From Octopus vulgaris (lineage: Eukaryota), in NCBI GenBank assembly GCA_951406725.2, contig OX597817.1, positions 117,820,001-118,068,000 of the forward strand: DNA of 248,000 nt, read 5' to 3'. Positions 105,481 to 121,182 of the stretch are shown one piece after another (the stretch's first letter is position 1; each line of letters starts with the position of its first letter). The position numbers and the translations under genes are program-made. Below the pieces are notes generated by a model that was given only the letters and a program-made list of their open reading frames with translations, was not told where the DNA came from and did not search any database.

Positions 105481-108145
105481 ATGTGTGTGCGTGTCTGTTT
105501 GTATTTTTGTATGTGTCTTGGTATGCGTTTTAGTGTCTGAGTGTGCATGTATGTGTGTGACACACTCAATCTATTTGTATAATATCTCTAACAATGTGAC
105601 TACTTGACAGGAATAGAATATCAGTCTTCTATCGGTAGGCAGCGAAAAACTGAAAGATTAATTAAAGAAACTTAATGGAAATTCCTTGAAAAGTGACATC
105701 CACGAGTAACCCATTAAGGATATAGAACCTTTGTGTACTGAGAAGACATTGACAAATTATTCTTGCTAATATATTTCTCAAACAACAATGCTTGACCATC
105801 AACTACTTGCTGTTATAGGAAGTATATTCCCGTGACTTGATCCCCCTTAGAATTCTTATGAAATTATTGTCCAAAGATTAAAATGTACGTTGATATTAAA
105901 TGCTGTGTTCGTTCAAGCGATTATAATGCGTAATATATTCTGCCCAGTAGGCCAGTTGAAGCTGTGATTTACACATGTCCTGTTGTTATACTTTTCACTA
106001 TACTGCTCTTACCCCTCCAATAACAGCCATCCAATGTCGAATGCAGGTTCGAGCGAGAAGCGATTAAAAATATGAACTACAAGAGCAATAATGTATCTGA
106101 ATGTCTCCCTATAACAATTTAAAAAGTCTCGTACGAAGTCGTTAAGTGCAGCTCAAAATTGATCATATAGAAAGAAATATATATATAAGTGTGTTTTAGA
106201 GCTACCTAACAATATGTCAGTTAATCTGTCTCTCTCTCCTTCTCTTTCTCCTTACTCCCTCTCTCCCTCTTTCTCCTGACTCCCCCCCCCTGTCTTGCAC
106301 TCATTCTTTAACCATTCTTTTTTCTGTAGTATACTGCTGTTCGAGACGAGTAACAGTCTGCAAAGCAGTCAATTTTAATGGCCTAAAATAGAATCCCATT
106401 GCCTTCCCTGTCAGCAGGAAAGTTTCTGATAACATTTCTTGTCAAAGTCCCTGAATTTCATTCTGTTATGAAAAGTCACAATTATTGTTTCCACTCACCA
106501 TTGTCACCAGCAATACCGACAATTTAAAAATGTAACTGAGATCTTGGAACTTTAATGGATTTGATTTCCTTCGAATATTAGCCCTTCCATTAGGTAAACT
106601 CTCCTGGCAAATTTAACCGCATAATATATGTTTAGGTTTTCTATTCCTTGGTTGATTGCACCACAGCGACACCCACCCATATGAATCGCTCTAATCTATT
106701 CCCTCAAGTACCTTGTATAGAAATGTATCTCACATTTCTGATTATTTACCATGAATTTACTACGTGCTTTAGCGTCAGACACAGAACATCTTCTGCAAAT
106801 GACACTGCATTTAATTGCTCCATAAAATTAGACTGATATAACAAAATTTTGATAATATATCCCATTCTTAATTAGCGGAATTTATAACGATTAACGGAAG
106901 TATGTGTGCTGTAAAGTCCAATAATATACATATGACTTTGCGATTAGAAGCATGATTCTTTTGCCTCTTTCAGCGTGACGAAATTTATATTAAATAATGC
107001 CATATTTGTATAAGTAGTTATAATATTTTTGGATGCAATACTGTTCAACAATCTTCATAAAAGTTACATATCATGTTGATATACAAAGAGGCATAACGAC
107101 CTACGGTTTGTGACGAAGAGGTAGTCATAGTATATGGTATAACAAAATAAAAGAAGAAAAACAAAACTAGCAGTTTGTTAATCATTAGCTACGCATCCCA
107201 AAATATACGGTCACTATCTATTGGTTATTTTACCCAAGAGACTATTGGAGAAAATGATAGACATTGGGAAATAAGTTAGAAAGAAACAACTTTTACGTAA
107301 TTCATAAGGAATTGAGAGTTACATATCATGTTGATATCAGACCGAAACAGGTTTGATGTTGATAAACGCAATTGTTGCAGATGTTCGATCCACTTCAGTA
107401 TGAATTTCCATTGAAGATTATCTCAATCGCATGGTAACAGACTGACATTTTTCATACTAAAATTATAAATATGTGTATGTGAACATTTGCTTATTTGTTT
107501 TAGGTGGAAGTATGACAACATATTAAGAAATACATTGTTTATATGTACGTACTTATAAAGTAGAATATCCCATTATCTCTGAGGCTGTTTCAAAGCAGGA
107601 TATTTTCTCATATACTGCCTCACAAGTGATGCAAACGCACACGTATTTGAGTCTTGTTTCACTTGGTGTGCTGCCGTAACGCTTGATATATAAAATACTT
107701 TGAAAATACTAACGTAAATTACTCAAACAAGCAAAGTATGTCTCAAATGTGATGTGTTTGTCAATTTGCAGCGAGTAGAGACAATCATTGCACATGTCTT
107801 CATGAGAGTGTTTCATCTACAAGAAAGTTCATTAGATCAGAAAGATATTTACAGAGTTATTAATAATTAGAAGGGGCGAGCATTGCCTATAATGTATATA
107901 TATTTAACAACAAGGAAATTAGAAGTAATTTTTACGGTGACATAAAACATGTTAGAATGCAGTACTAAAGTCACATGACTATAGAGAAAGCGTGAATCAT
108001 AAACTGGTTCATAGTGTCCCTTTCATCTTCTAAACGAAGAAAACATTTCCCCGGTTCAGTGTGACCTGGATATTATATTTACGCATAAACATATAAATTT
108101 TTATTTGTGGACATATATCTGTGTAGGTGTGTGCAGGTATATATA

Positions 108146-108187
<42 letters not shown>

Positions 108188-108246
108188 CAACATGTATATA
108201 TGTATATACATACATATATGTACATTTGTATACATACATACATTCA

Positions 108247-108290
<44 letters not shown>

Positions 108291-108367
108291 TACATACATT
108301 ATAAATATATATATATATGTTCATATATATGTATACATTCGCACCGAAAGCATATATATATATATAT

Positions 108368-108406
<39 letters not shown>

Positions 108407-110952
108407 CTTATACAATAAATATGAATCGTGTGTGTGGATGTGTGTATATCTTGCTTCTTTGTAAATGTGATATCCGTTTAAGCATACATAAACTTATATT
108501 TCATATTATTGTTTATCGATATTCCTCAGTGTGTTTACAGTATTTTAATATCTGGAGGAGGAAAGAAGGATTTGAATTCAGGAGTGAAATATAGCTCATA
108601 ACTGTAAAATGTAAGATCCGGTATTACTTCATAATTTTCCTCCGAAATTCCTAACCCTATCATTAAAGAGGAGTAGAAATGAGATATCAGCAACTCTTAA
108701 TGTTCTCCCAAACAGCATTATTGACGTAATATCATTATCAACCATCCCATTTCAATTATTTGAGATGAAATATTCATCACGAGAAATTGAATCACATTTT
108801 CGTATATCTCTGATATTTAAAATATCTCCGTTAATATTTGATATGTGCATCTAATACCGTAAACTGACTTCAATGATTTGAAAATGTGGTTTTAGCGCTT
108901 AATATATATGAGGTCATTTTTCCATTATAAATGTCCAAAGTATCTGAGAATTCACAGTGTACGGCAGGACAAAATATTTTAGTTAGCGATTCGGTAAACA
109001 CCTTGTATATGTTGAGAAATTCGAAGAGGGCGACAGTTTTCCATCATTTCAATAAGACGTGTAATATTAATATAATAGGTAAAACGCCGAGCTGGCAGAA
109101 TCGTTAGCATGCCGGACAATATACTAAATGGTATTTCGTCTCTCTTTATATTCTGAGTTCAAATTTCGCCGAGGTTGAATTTACCTTTCATCCTTTCGAG
109201 CAATGGGATCGATGTAATCGACTTGCTCCTCCCCAATTTGGTAATCTTGAGCCAAAATTTGAAACCAAGATTCATATAGTAGCAACGTACAATCTAGTGT
109301 ACAACATTTATTCAATAATGACCTAATACCCAACCAAGGCATATTTGTCTCATCAAATAATTCGTAAATTAAAATTTTGCTCACAAGATCGTAAAGAAAA
109401 AAGAGAAATATTATATTTCTAAGGGGTAAATACTATCCAAGTCAACTTTTATTCAAGCACATTTTTCATATAACAAAATTAGAAAAGTAATGCATGTTCA
109501 CGGTATAAAAAATTATCTTCTTCCTTAACATTTGCTACAGATCGTTGATCACACTATGATTTTACACAATTAAAAGTCCAATAACCATAAGCAAGATATT
109601 GTAGATCAGCAAAATCGATTTTTTAAAATAATACTTCGAATTTCCTTCCTATTACGCTGTATTTCCATACGTTATTCATGTGATCACTTCCATAGTAAAT
109701 CAATATTTATTACTTTACTTTAAACATTTTCTAATATACCATCTGCGGGGTATAACAGAAATATTGCTATTATCATTTCGTAAATTAATGTCTTATTACA
109801 CATTAAAAATGGAAAAAAATCACTACTTTTTACATTAGAAACTTTTTCGTATAAAGTTCATTATGTATCAATTTCAAAAACGTTTAACTAATCTATTTTT
109901 TATACCATGCAAATTTTCTTTTGCTCAGTGTGTAAATCATTAATAATTAATACATCAAATATTTACACCAATAATTTGTTTTTCTCCTTTTAATACATTT
110001 GCGTCGCTGGATGTAGCACTCCAGCAGAACAATGACTGGTTTACAGCACAAATTAATTATATTTTCTGAAAAATATGTAGAAACGTTTATTATTTTGGAA
110101 GCCCTTCCTAATAATTGATTCAAAATGTTTTGGAAGGAATATTTCAAAATATCCATTTTTTGCTTCATAAACAGAATAGTGTTTTCTTAAACTTTAATTT
110201 AACTCACACAGAGAATAAACTTGGTTAAAAGACATCGGAAAAATGTTATTTTAAAGCAAGAAACGAGAAAGAGGACAATGAAATTATTCCCCTATCATAT
110301 CTTATCAAACAACAAGAAATGCCAATTGCCGATTGGTTAATTTCATAAATAGTAAAGAAAGGAAATTTCTACGTAAAACTGAAAAAAAACATATTATTGA
110401 AAATTTTCCATTCGAATAATAGCACTAAATCTAATTTTGGTAAAGAAATGAAATCAAGACTTCAATGGGATTCCTCATTAAATTTTCGTTCAAGTTATGA
110501 TTACCCTTTACACTCAAGATTGATATTAATATTTACATATTATTGTATCGAAAGCAGCATAACTAGAAATTCTAAAATTCCGCAATAATATATCGTAAAG
110601 TTTGTGATATCAGAAGAAATGTCGGAAGTTTTCTATATATTTCCTAGATTTGATTATATAAAAGCGGAACATCAGGTCTGACTGTGAATATTCTTGTTTT
110701 CCTTTCAGCAAGTAACATTCAGTGGCAAAAGCTCGATATTTTAGGAACTAATGGCAAAATCTTTTGAGAAATTATTTAGTAGCAGTAAAACAATCTATTC
110801 GGTTCTGTACCCAAGCTGCGAAGAAATAATAGTTTTCAAAATTACGAGAGAAAGGTAAAACAAAAACAAAAAAAAAACGTCATAGCCTGCTTTATCTCGT
110901 ACATATTTTTGATGGAAGCAAAACGAATTTGTCTGGAATGTATGTCTGTGTG

Positions 110953-110991
<39 letters not shown>

Positions 110992-111061
110992 TTCATTCTC
111001 TCTCTAGCATTCTCTGTATCAGTCTTTTTTGCACATATGGACACAGTCGTATGTATATATA

Positions 111062-111106
<45 letters not shown>

Positions 111107-111446
111107 ACGTAGAGACACATACAAAGAACACATTCCTTGCACAAATGCAGGACAATGCAGGGGAGGTAACAATTGAGGGTTCCTTATAATTTACCTCCCA
111201 CTTTGTGTATGTTCATATATTTTTCATGAAATCCCGTAGAGCTCCGTATTAACGCGAGTATTCTCACTAAAATGAAGGCGTGTACCGAAAATCCAAACGT
111301 GAAATCTTGAAAATGTAACCGGAAGGAGATCTCTCCCTACATGAAAACACCCGTTGACTTCTAAACTTATAAGTAAAGGTTATTTATCTATTAATGTGGT
111401 GTTGAGTACTAGCTCACCGTGTTGGATATTAGTGTACGTATATGCG

Positions 111447-111493
<47 letters not shown>

Positions 111494-111500
111494 ATATATA

Positions 111501-111549
<49 letters not shown>

Positions 111550-111724
111550 ATAAATATTAGGGAATAAATCCAAATTTACAGGGAAAAAATCAGATTTAGG
111601 ATTAAATCCAATTTTATTGTAAAATATTATATAATATTGTTAGAGACAAAACCACTATTTTGCAAAACAAACAAGGAAAGACTTAATCAATACATAAAAT
111701 TTTAATAAAAATTCAAAAAAACCG

Positions 111725-111767
111725 CCACTACAATTGTTTCTTGTCCTGATCGACAATCTTCAGGTGG
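111725..111767 (-). ncRNA. Type I minimal hammerhead ribozyme (canonical core)
   Basis: Reverse complement of 113981-114023. Confidence 0.75.
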
Positions 111768-113980
111768 ACTTCCAATCTAAAATATCAATATTTTAAAATA
111801 TAAAAATAATAATTTTATAATTTTAAAATAATTAAAGTATTAATGAAAAAATATAAATATATAATCTATATATAACCTATATATAATCCATATATAATCA
111901 ATATATAAACAATATATAAACTAAAATAAACCTATCAACAATTAAATATAAAACAAAACAAAAAATAAACCATATATACACCCATACACATATAACTAAT
112001 TATATATAACCATATCTAAATACATACACTAAATCACACACCTATATATATATCCCTATACATACACATAAAAACGTCTAGGCAACGATAAATAAATAAA
112101 ATAGCCAAATACTTCAACACAATACTTATTCATACTCCCGCACACACACATACAACCCACATTCCCGCTCTAGAAACGAACATCATTTAAAATTATGAAT
112201 GGAGAAATGGAATAAATGGAATTAAAAATTATATTCACTTGGTAAAACGAACATTACTTAAAAATTATGAATGAAATAATGTAATAAAATAACAGACATC
112301 GTAAATAGACAAATTACTACGAATTCTTTAATAAAACTACCATGATAAACTAAAACACATAAAAAACATATAATGATAAAATCTCCCTTTACTAAACTCT
112401 ATAACATACCTATATAGCAATCCCCCTAACCTAAACATTCACACACAAATACACACACGTAAACCACACACCCACGACATATACAAATACCCACCTCACT
112501 CACACATACCTATACATACATATAAACCTCAATATATACCCAAAAACCCATTCAACCCCATACAGATAAATAAACACATACATCCCCAAACCTATATAGC
112601 AAACCCATAAACACATTCACACACAAATATACATACGTAAAACACACACCATATACATATACATACTCACTAAACTCGATATATACAACAATATTAACAC
112701 ACCCACACTCATACAGATAAATAAATTATACAACTGAAATACGCACACACTCACACACAATCCCACATACATAAACACTCCAAAGAAAAACAACATTATT
112801 ACACATAATACGATATATAAAATACATCGTAAGTAACCAGAATATCAAAAATAACAATATGACATAAGGAGAAATAATATACATACTTTCAAGTCAGTTT
112901 CAAATTATGAAGTGAAATTAAATTCTAAGCCATTAAAAACGTCAAACCAAAATTACGTTACCATAGGAACCTAACATATGTATAAAAAGAATACGCGCTA
113001 TGGAGGCAAACGTCATTTAAAATTATGAATGGAGAAATAGAATAAATGGAATTAAAAATTATATTCACGCGGTAAACTAACATTATTTAAAAAAATTATG
113101 AATGGATTCTTTAATAAAACTACCATGATAAATTAAAACTCATAAAAACATAAATGATAAAACCTCCTTTACTAAACCCTATAACATACCTATATAGCAA
113201 TCCCTTTAACCTATACATTCACACACAAATACACACACGTAAACCACACACCCATAACAAATACAAATACCCACCTCATTCACACATACCTATAAGTACA
113301 TATAAGCCTCAACATGTACACCAAACAAAATTACGTTACCAAGGAACCTAACATATGTATAAAAAGTATTTTATCATTATATGTTTTTTATGAGTTTTAG
113401 TTTATCATGGTAGTTTTATTAAAGAATTCGTAGTAATTTGTCTATTTACGATGTCTGTTATTTTATTACATTATTTCATTCATAATTTTTAAGTAATGTT
113501 CGTTTTACCAAGTGAATATAATTTTTAATTCCATTTATTCCATTTCTCCATTCATAATTTTAAATGATGTTCGTTTCTAGAGCGGGAATGTGGGTTGTAT
113601 GTGTGTGAGGGAGTATGAATAAGTATTGTGTTGAAGTATTTGGCTATTTTATTTATTTATCGTTGCCTAGACGTTTTTATGTGTATGTAATGGGATATAT
113701 ATATAGGTGTGTGATTTAGTGTATGTATTTAGATATGGTTATATATAATTAGTTATATGTGTATGGGTGTATATATGGTTTATTTTTTGTTTTGTTTTAT
113801 ATTTAATTGTTGATAAGTTTATTTTAGTTTATATATTGTTTATATATTGATTATATATGGATTATATATAGGTTATATATAGATTATATATTTATATTTT
113901 TTCATTAATACTTTAATTATTTTAAAATTATAAAATTATTATTTTTATATTTTAAAATATTGATATTTTAGATTGGAAGT

Positions 113981-114023
113981 CCACCTGAAGATTGTCGATC
114001 AGGACAAGAAACAATTGTAGTGG
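113981..114023 (+). ncRNA. Type I minimal hammerhead ribozyme (canonical core)
   Basis: CCAC-CTGAAGA-TTGTC(GATCAG)GACAA-GAAA-CAATTG-TA-GTGG: all conserved core nucleotides, palindromic stem III, GUA triplet. Confidence 0.78.
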
Positions 114024-114108
114024 CGGTTCTTTTGAATTTTTATTAAAATTTTATGTATTGATTAAGTCTTTCCTTGTTTGTTTTGCAAAATAGTGGTTTT
114101 GTCTCTAA

Positions 114109-114166
<58 letters not shown>

Positions 114167-114223
114167 TATATATATATATGCATATATATGTATATATATA
114201 TGCATATATATATACAAATATAT

Positions 114224-114277
<54 letters not shown>

Positions 114278-114369
114278 TTTATTTAAAAGCGGGAGAAAAT
114301 TCAACAAAACCTGTTACTCTGAGTTTCACGTTCCCGTTCGTCGGACAGTTTTTGCTAGTGTTTACTCCG

Positions 114370-114417
<48 letters not shown>

Positions 114418-114509
114418 TTTATTTAAAAGTTGCAGAAAATTCAACAAAGCCTGTTACTCTGAGTTTCACGTTCCCGTTCGTCGGACAGTTTTTGCTAGTG
114501 TTTACTCCG

Positions 114510-114544
<35 letters not shown>

Positions 114545-115895
114545 TATACCCCATATACAATTCTTAGATACCATACACCTAAGCACCTTATTTTATCCTA
114601 TAGCCAATCTTTTACATCACCCCTACTCGACATCACTTTCGATCTATTTTATTTTATTTTCTTTCACCACTTGATAGCCACCTCCGCTACCATTCTGTTA
114701 TTGAACGTTGATATGTTCGCGTCTTTTTTTCCTGGATGCCTACTATATCAGGATTTTAACCCACATGAATCTACACAGGATTGCACCTAAGGGGTCATGC
114801 TCTTGTTTCTATAACTTTGGAACTTTGAACATTGAACTTTTATGCTTCTTTTTTATTCTTTCTGTCCATCTCCTTATTCTTTTACCTCCTTCTTCTCATT
114901 TTTGTATACCATTCTCATTTTCCCTATTTTCCCTATATCTCTCATGACGGTTTATTCCATACTCGGTGATATCCCAGAAGCAGCTGTAAGAACTTGAATC
115001 TTTTTCAATAATAATATCGTTTACGGCTTGAGATGTTTGCCTTGTCTTAATGTTTGTTGTCCTCCTTCACAATTATATATACGTGTGTGTGTGTGTGTGT
115101 GTATTTGTGTGTAAATATTTATATACATATGTCTGTATCCATGTGTGTATGGGTGCATATACCTATGCATATATATGTATATATGTATGGATATGTGTAT
115201 GACTACATTTGCTTGTATGTAGTGATAGGAAATGTAGCATGAAAATAATTTCGCTTTTTGTAATGAAAATGGAATCAATATTTTTTTAATAAAACTGATG
115301 CCAGTCTTCCATTACTTTTCGTCATTGAAATATCATTTACCTCTTAGTGAGTACATTTTTATATTAAGATGTTAAAATTTCTTTGAAAGCAATAATTTAC
115401 TTTCATAACAAATGTAGTTACGAAATGTGTACTTTAATTCTTTGTCCGTATGCTTAAAATATGATTACAGGGTTTGCGTTATTGTTACTAGAACAAAAGC
115501 ACCAAAATCAAAGAGTTTCTGGAGCTATATTCAAACCCAGGATTTAATTAATACTCTAAATAAAATTAAATGCGCTAGCGTAACATTAGAATTGTTTCTT
115601 CTAATACAAATTATCAATGGTTTCCCTTAGTTGTTGCAAATTGAACAATAATCGTTGTTTTAATCGCATGTGAAGCACAAACACATGTCACTCATTTTTA
115701 GATTAGCTGATTGCAGTGGAATTCAGTACAGATGCGTAATGTAACACACGGCTGTAATGCCTCAACAACCACTTACTTTCCTGACTGAGATGTAATATAG
115801 TGTATATAGCCAAAGTCTCATTTCTGCGTTTTATAGAATATCTAGCAATGCAACATGGTGTTGCCCGGGTGTTATAACCTACAGCCACATTGTGT

Positions 115896-115965
<70 letters not shown>

Positions 115966-116000
115966 TATATATATACAAATATATATATATATACATATAC

Positions 116001-116050
<50 letters not shown>

Positions 116051-118393
116051 ATATGTATGTATGTCTGTATGCATGTATGTATGTATGAATACTCAATTTT
116101 CGAGTTCAAGCGGAATTTACGCACCAAAAATACTGCACAACCAACTGGTTTTGCAGTACACGTCTCGCATAGATGGGCAGTATTTTTCTTCTCTCTTCAC
116201 TGACGTTATCAGATCAGAAAATTTGCTTTCCATCGCACCATCCGTGTTATAATGCACGCACAACCACTGTGATAAATAGGGAGATTATAGCAAAATCCTT
116301 AAAAATACATTGCAACGTATGCAATGAATAATAAGCATGAATATATACAAACAGTTATAAGCAAATTTGCATAAATCGGGGTGAATGAAGGGAGAAATGT
116401 TAAAGGCAAAAATTCTCGAAAGATTTCACTCATCCCATCACGTATTTACCACACTTGAACTAATATAAGCGCTTACTGTTCCCAATCCTGTGGAAAATGT
116501 TATTCAATTTAAACCTGAGAAACATCATTTGGAATTCCTTTAGAGTTGTTTGCTACTAAGGATATCTACAGGGACAAATTGTTTTCGGTAGTAATGCCAG
116601 AAGTGATCACAATTATACCAGAACATGGTTCATGAGTCACATTTCTGTTACAAAATAGGGCTTTGCGCAAAAGAATGGTATCACAATACTTGAAAGGCAT
116701 TGTTTAGTCAATCATGGAATACCGAACACTTTCACATTGGCAGTTATGTTGTGGCACAAAGACCCTTATTGACGAAACATATGCCAATAATTGCCCTAAA
116801 ACAGCATGCTGTTTGGTCATATTCCGTTGACAAATAGGGTTTTGTGCATCACACCCCTTGTACATTGTGGCATTTTTTACACGGAAAGCATTAAAATTGG
116901 CGAAGTACGTTAGAACCAAATTCAAATATTGCCTGAAAATTTTCAGGCAATGGGACCAGAAGTTAATTATAGAAACAAACAAAAATTACAACACATATTA
117001 CAGCTTTAAATTTGCCCATGCCAATCATACATAAAGCAAACATATTTAAAATAGTTGAATTTATACGCTTCAATATTCTCCTTTTAGAATATAATCCCCG
117101 TTGTCAAAATCTGTGAAGCATGGACATAGGTAACTGCTATTTCAGACTTAATCCGTTAAAGCTTCCATATAACTAGTTACAAATGTACAAAAAGCTATTC
117201 TCGTTTTATCTTATTTCAATTTCATATGAAATATGTAACCCAGCGTACAGAAATAAGTATTAAAAAATAAATTAGAAGATAAATAGTGTAAATAATGCAG
117301 TTATCTATGTTTGTGGTTAACTATTCGATTTATGCGTCTTAGAAGGATTCGAAATATATTGTATTCAAATTACATACTTTCACAAGTTTGTTAATACAAG
117401 CAACTACAAATGCTTTCACAGTACATATATGTTCTTATTCATTCGTATATATATATATATTTAATAGAGAGAGAGAGAGACAGAGAGATAAATAGATAGA
117501 TAGATAGTTAGATAGATAGATACATACATACATACATTCATACATACGCAGACAAATTTGTCTTTATTTGATGTATATCAGTGACGAAATAATTGGAAAG
117601 GTATTGGCTACACATGCTATTCTGTATACTTAAATATACATTATGTGTTAGTATCTTCTTTTCAAGTTATATATGTGCGTGTATGTGTGCTAGTGCATAT
117701 CTCTACCGTTTCTGTGCGTATAATCATCAATGTATTTATGCATGCTTGTGCATATTTGTATGTCAACAAATATACATATTCTTACACGATTGTCAGTTAA
117801 TCTTTAAAAGCTCATATATTTGTGCTTTCGCTGAAACCTACAGAAGCAATAAATTCTTAAAGGTATGAAGATAGAACCTATTTCAGTTTTAATTTCATTC
117901 AGATTCTTGATGATTTATCGAAATATTTTTAGATTCGACTTTGAAACAAACAAATATATACACATTTTGAACGAAAAAATCCCCTGTTTTACAGTTCATA
118001 GGTACATAAATCTCCAAATTGATTAAATGACAACAAACGATTTTGTAGCCGAATAGTTTTATTCTCCTTCCATTCCATGCTCGGAAAAATAAATTCTGGG
118101 GAATTTTAAATAGAAATTAGAATAAGTGTAATTTCGATAGTTGAAAACACATGATGAAAATGATGAAAATGGCGTTGATAAGTAATTGAGAATTCATAAA
118201 TTTTTTAAAGCCTGGTGCATATTCTATTGCTTTCTTTCCCCGAAACCCTGAGTGACAGCAGCGTATACACACGAACACCGGTTGGCAAGCGGTGGTGAGG
118301 AACAAACACACACACATACACACACAAGCATACATATATAAGGCAGTGCTTCAGCATTGCCGTAATCAAATGACTGAAACAAGTAATGGTATG

Positions 118394-118445
<52 letters not shown>

Positions 118446-118997
118446 TTAAATATATATGAGGATGATATCGATATTTAAGTATCCATATTATCAAGTGGCC
118501 AGCATGGGAAAAATACCGTACAAAGGTAATAATTTTTAACACCAGCATGCCGAAATAGCAGTCGAAACTCTGACTATGAAAACCATATATATATATATGT
118601 ACAAGATAGACCTCTTTCAGTTTTCGTCTGCCAAATCCACACGAAAGGCTTTCGTCCGCCCGAGGCCATAGTAGAAGACGCTTGCCTAGAGTGTCACGCA
118701 GAGGAGTGGACCCGGAACCATGTTTTGGGAAGCAAACTTTTTTCCGCACATCCACGTCTGTGCCTTGAATTATTTAGAAAAACATACCCGTTTGTTTTAC
118801 ACAAATGAAACAATATGCAAGCATATTAGTTACTATATTGAGATATTAATTACACGCATTTCTTACGTGTATAGCACATGCTTCGTAAGTAGCAAAATTA
118901 CGATCATTAAAAGTTAATATTTTACTTATTAAATATACCATTTTTTTACATTTTAACTTCTTAATGAAAATTTCATAATTCTGAAAATATAATTGTA

Positions 118998-119040
<43 letters not shown>

Positions 119041-119095
119041 AAAATAAAACAACGGAAAATACGCACGCTTATATAGTTATAGTATAATTTTTATG

Positions 119096-119130
119096 GTATC
119101 GACCGTTTTCGCAATCGCTATTCATGATAC
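119096..119130 (-). ncRNA. Candidate minimal HHR, A3:U8 variant
   Basis: Reverse complement of 120401-120435. Confidence 0.5.
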
Positions 119131-120400
119131 AATGTTTAATTTATATGAAAATATATTTTTTCTTAAGAAGAAAATGGGTCCATGTTGTTTATAATGAGAT
119201 TCATGAGTGAATGATTTTACAAGTTTTCAAGTAAAGGGAGGTATAAACCAACTGACGCAAAACAATATCTTCTTTTTAACTCATGGCACCCGAAACAGAT
119301 TAAAATAAACATCCCTTTTAACTTAGCAAAAAGGATCTGCACAATAGTGTCTGATGGAACAACTCGGGACCTTCGTCTTCAAGACCTCAAAACAACACTT
119401 ATTGAAAGACAATATCCACCCTCTCTTATTGAGGAGGGAATTAAACGTGCCAAACAATTAGACACAAAAACACTAAGAACAAAAAAACATAGCACCACAC
119501 CTCAAACCGAAACATTACTTTTTATATCAACACACAACCCTAGAAACAGTGAGGCATTCAACACTATTGTGCAAACTCTCACTTTACTAACTATGTATCC
119601 AAAAATGAACGACATCCTGAAAACACACAAACTCATCAACTGCAAAAAACAAGACAAATCGCTAAAGAGACTACTAACAAATGCGAAGCTTTACAAAACA
119701 ACCACGAAACCAACGGTTAAAAAATGTGGACGCTCGAACTGTGGAACCTGCCCCAACCTGCTTGAAAGCTCGGACTTCCTTTTCAAACAAGGACAGAGGT
119801 TAACAATTTAAACTAGGTTCACCTGTGCCTCTGAGAACCTAATTTATGTAATAACCTGCTCGGGTTGCAGTCATGAGTACATTGGACAAACGAGTTTAAT
119901 TTTGAGGAAGAGAATTACTCTGCATAAGGAGCAAATCCGTTTCCCGCAATACAGACAAATCCCTCTTAGTGAACACATAGAAAAATGTGCAGGTAACATC
120001 AAACCAAATTTTACAGCCTTCCCTTTCTACCAGTGCAAAGACACACTCTCTCAACTACAACGCTTAAATAAAGAAACTTTTTTCATTGAAAAATACAAAA
120101 CGCGTCTGGATAAGCACGCATAACCAATTTTTATATGTTTACATATTACATCACTGTACATAAATCCCCTACTAAACAAGGCCTCCCTTTTTTAAAACCT
120201 GTCTCCTTTCTGTACACATATTTTCCCCACCCAAAACCTAAACAGTTATCTCCCTTACAGACAACAATAACAATAATAACAACCAATTTCCTCCCTTTAC
120301 TTGTCAACTTGTAAAATCATTCACTCGTGAATCTCATTATAAACAACATGGATCCATTTTCTTCTTAAGAAAAAATATATTTTCATATAAATTAAACATT

Positions 120401-120435
120401 GTATCATGAATAGCGATTGCGAAAACGGTCGATAC
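120401..120435 (+). ncRNA. Candidate minimal HHR, A3:U8 variant
   Basis: GTATC-ATGAATA-GC(GATT)GC-GAAA-ACGG-TC-GATAC: 5-bp stem I, GUC triplet. Confidence 0.55.
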
Positions 120436-120549
120436 GTTAAAAATTATACTATAACCATGTAAGTGTGCGTATTTTCCGTTTTTTTTTATTTTACTTATAT
120501 ACATTACAATCCACCACGTGGGGACAACCGAAATTCCTCTTTCTGTTAC

Positions 120550-120606
<57 letters not shown>

Positions 120607-121133
120607 ATAATATATATATGTTTGTATGTATATACACAGCGAGAGGAGGAGACAGAGAGAGAGAGACAAAGACAGAAAGAGAGACAGAGAGAGACAGAAA
120701 ATAGAGAGGGTGATCCGGTGATCCTTTGAAGGTGAGTACATTCGCGTTTGCTGTATTTCTGGCCATTTCTTCATATAGGATAATGAACTGTTTCCTGTGT
120801 TATATCTGCTATCATAATATGAAGCGAATACATTCACGTTTTACTCATACAAATCAGGATAACTAAAGATGAACCGATTTTGTGCTAAGGTATTCTAAAT
120901 ATATGTTAACCTTGATTTTAAATTTGCTAATATCTCCCAGCTGCTTAACGCTTTGCTAAAGGCATAAACATACAAGAACAATAACTTAAATTAATAGTCA
121001 CGTACACATGCACCTAGCCGCGTATCGCATTTCCTCACTCCCTCCTTAAGTATATATACATATATATATATATATACATATATATTTATACATATATATA
121101 TATATATATATATCAATATATATGTATACACAC

Positions 121134-121182
<49 letters not shown>

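Larger units (their letters stand above)
111550..114115. mobile_element. Non-coding ~2.56-kb fold-back element with ~750-bp near-identical inverted arms, each carrying a canonical HHR
   Basis: 111630-112380 is the reverse complement of 113366-114115. There is no ORF and internal sub-duplications are present. The terminal block (gagacaaaaccactatt) recurs at 163750, 210055 and 225625. Confidence 0.8.
119040..120552 (+). mobile_element. Diverged PLE family 2, 5'-truncated, with inverted pLTR segment at 119040-119225
   Basis: YKPTDAKQYLLFNSWHPK, CGRSNCGTC, YVITCSGCSHEYIGQT. 119040-119225 is the reverse complement of 120305-120490. Confidence 0.88.

Noticed and set aside
114285-114515. Repeat-spacer-like pattern (120-bp unit twice) and similar short tandem duplications
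   Set aside because: Ordinary tandem duplications separated by TA tracts; this is eukaryotic DNA with no CRISPR repeat-spacer architecture or cas genes.
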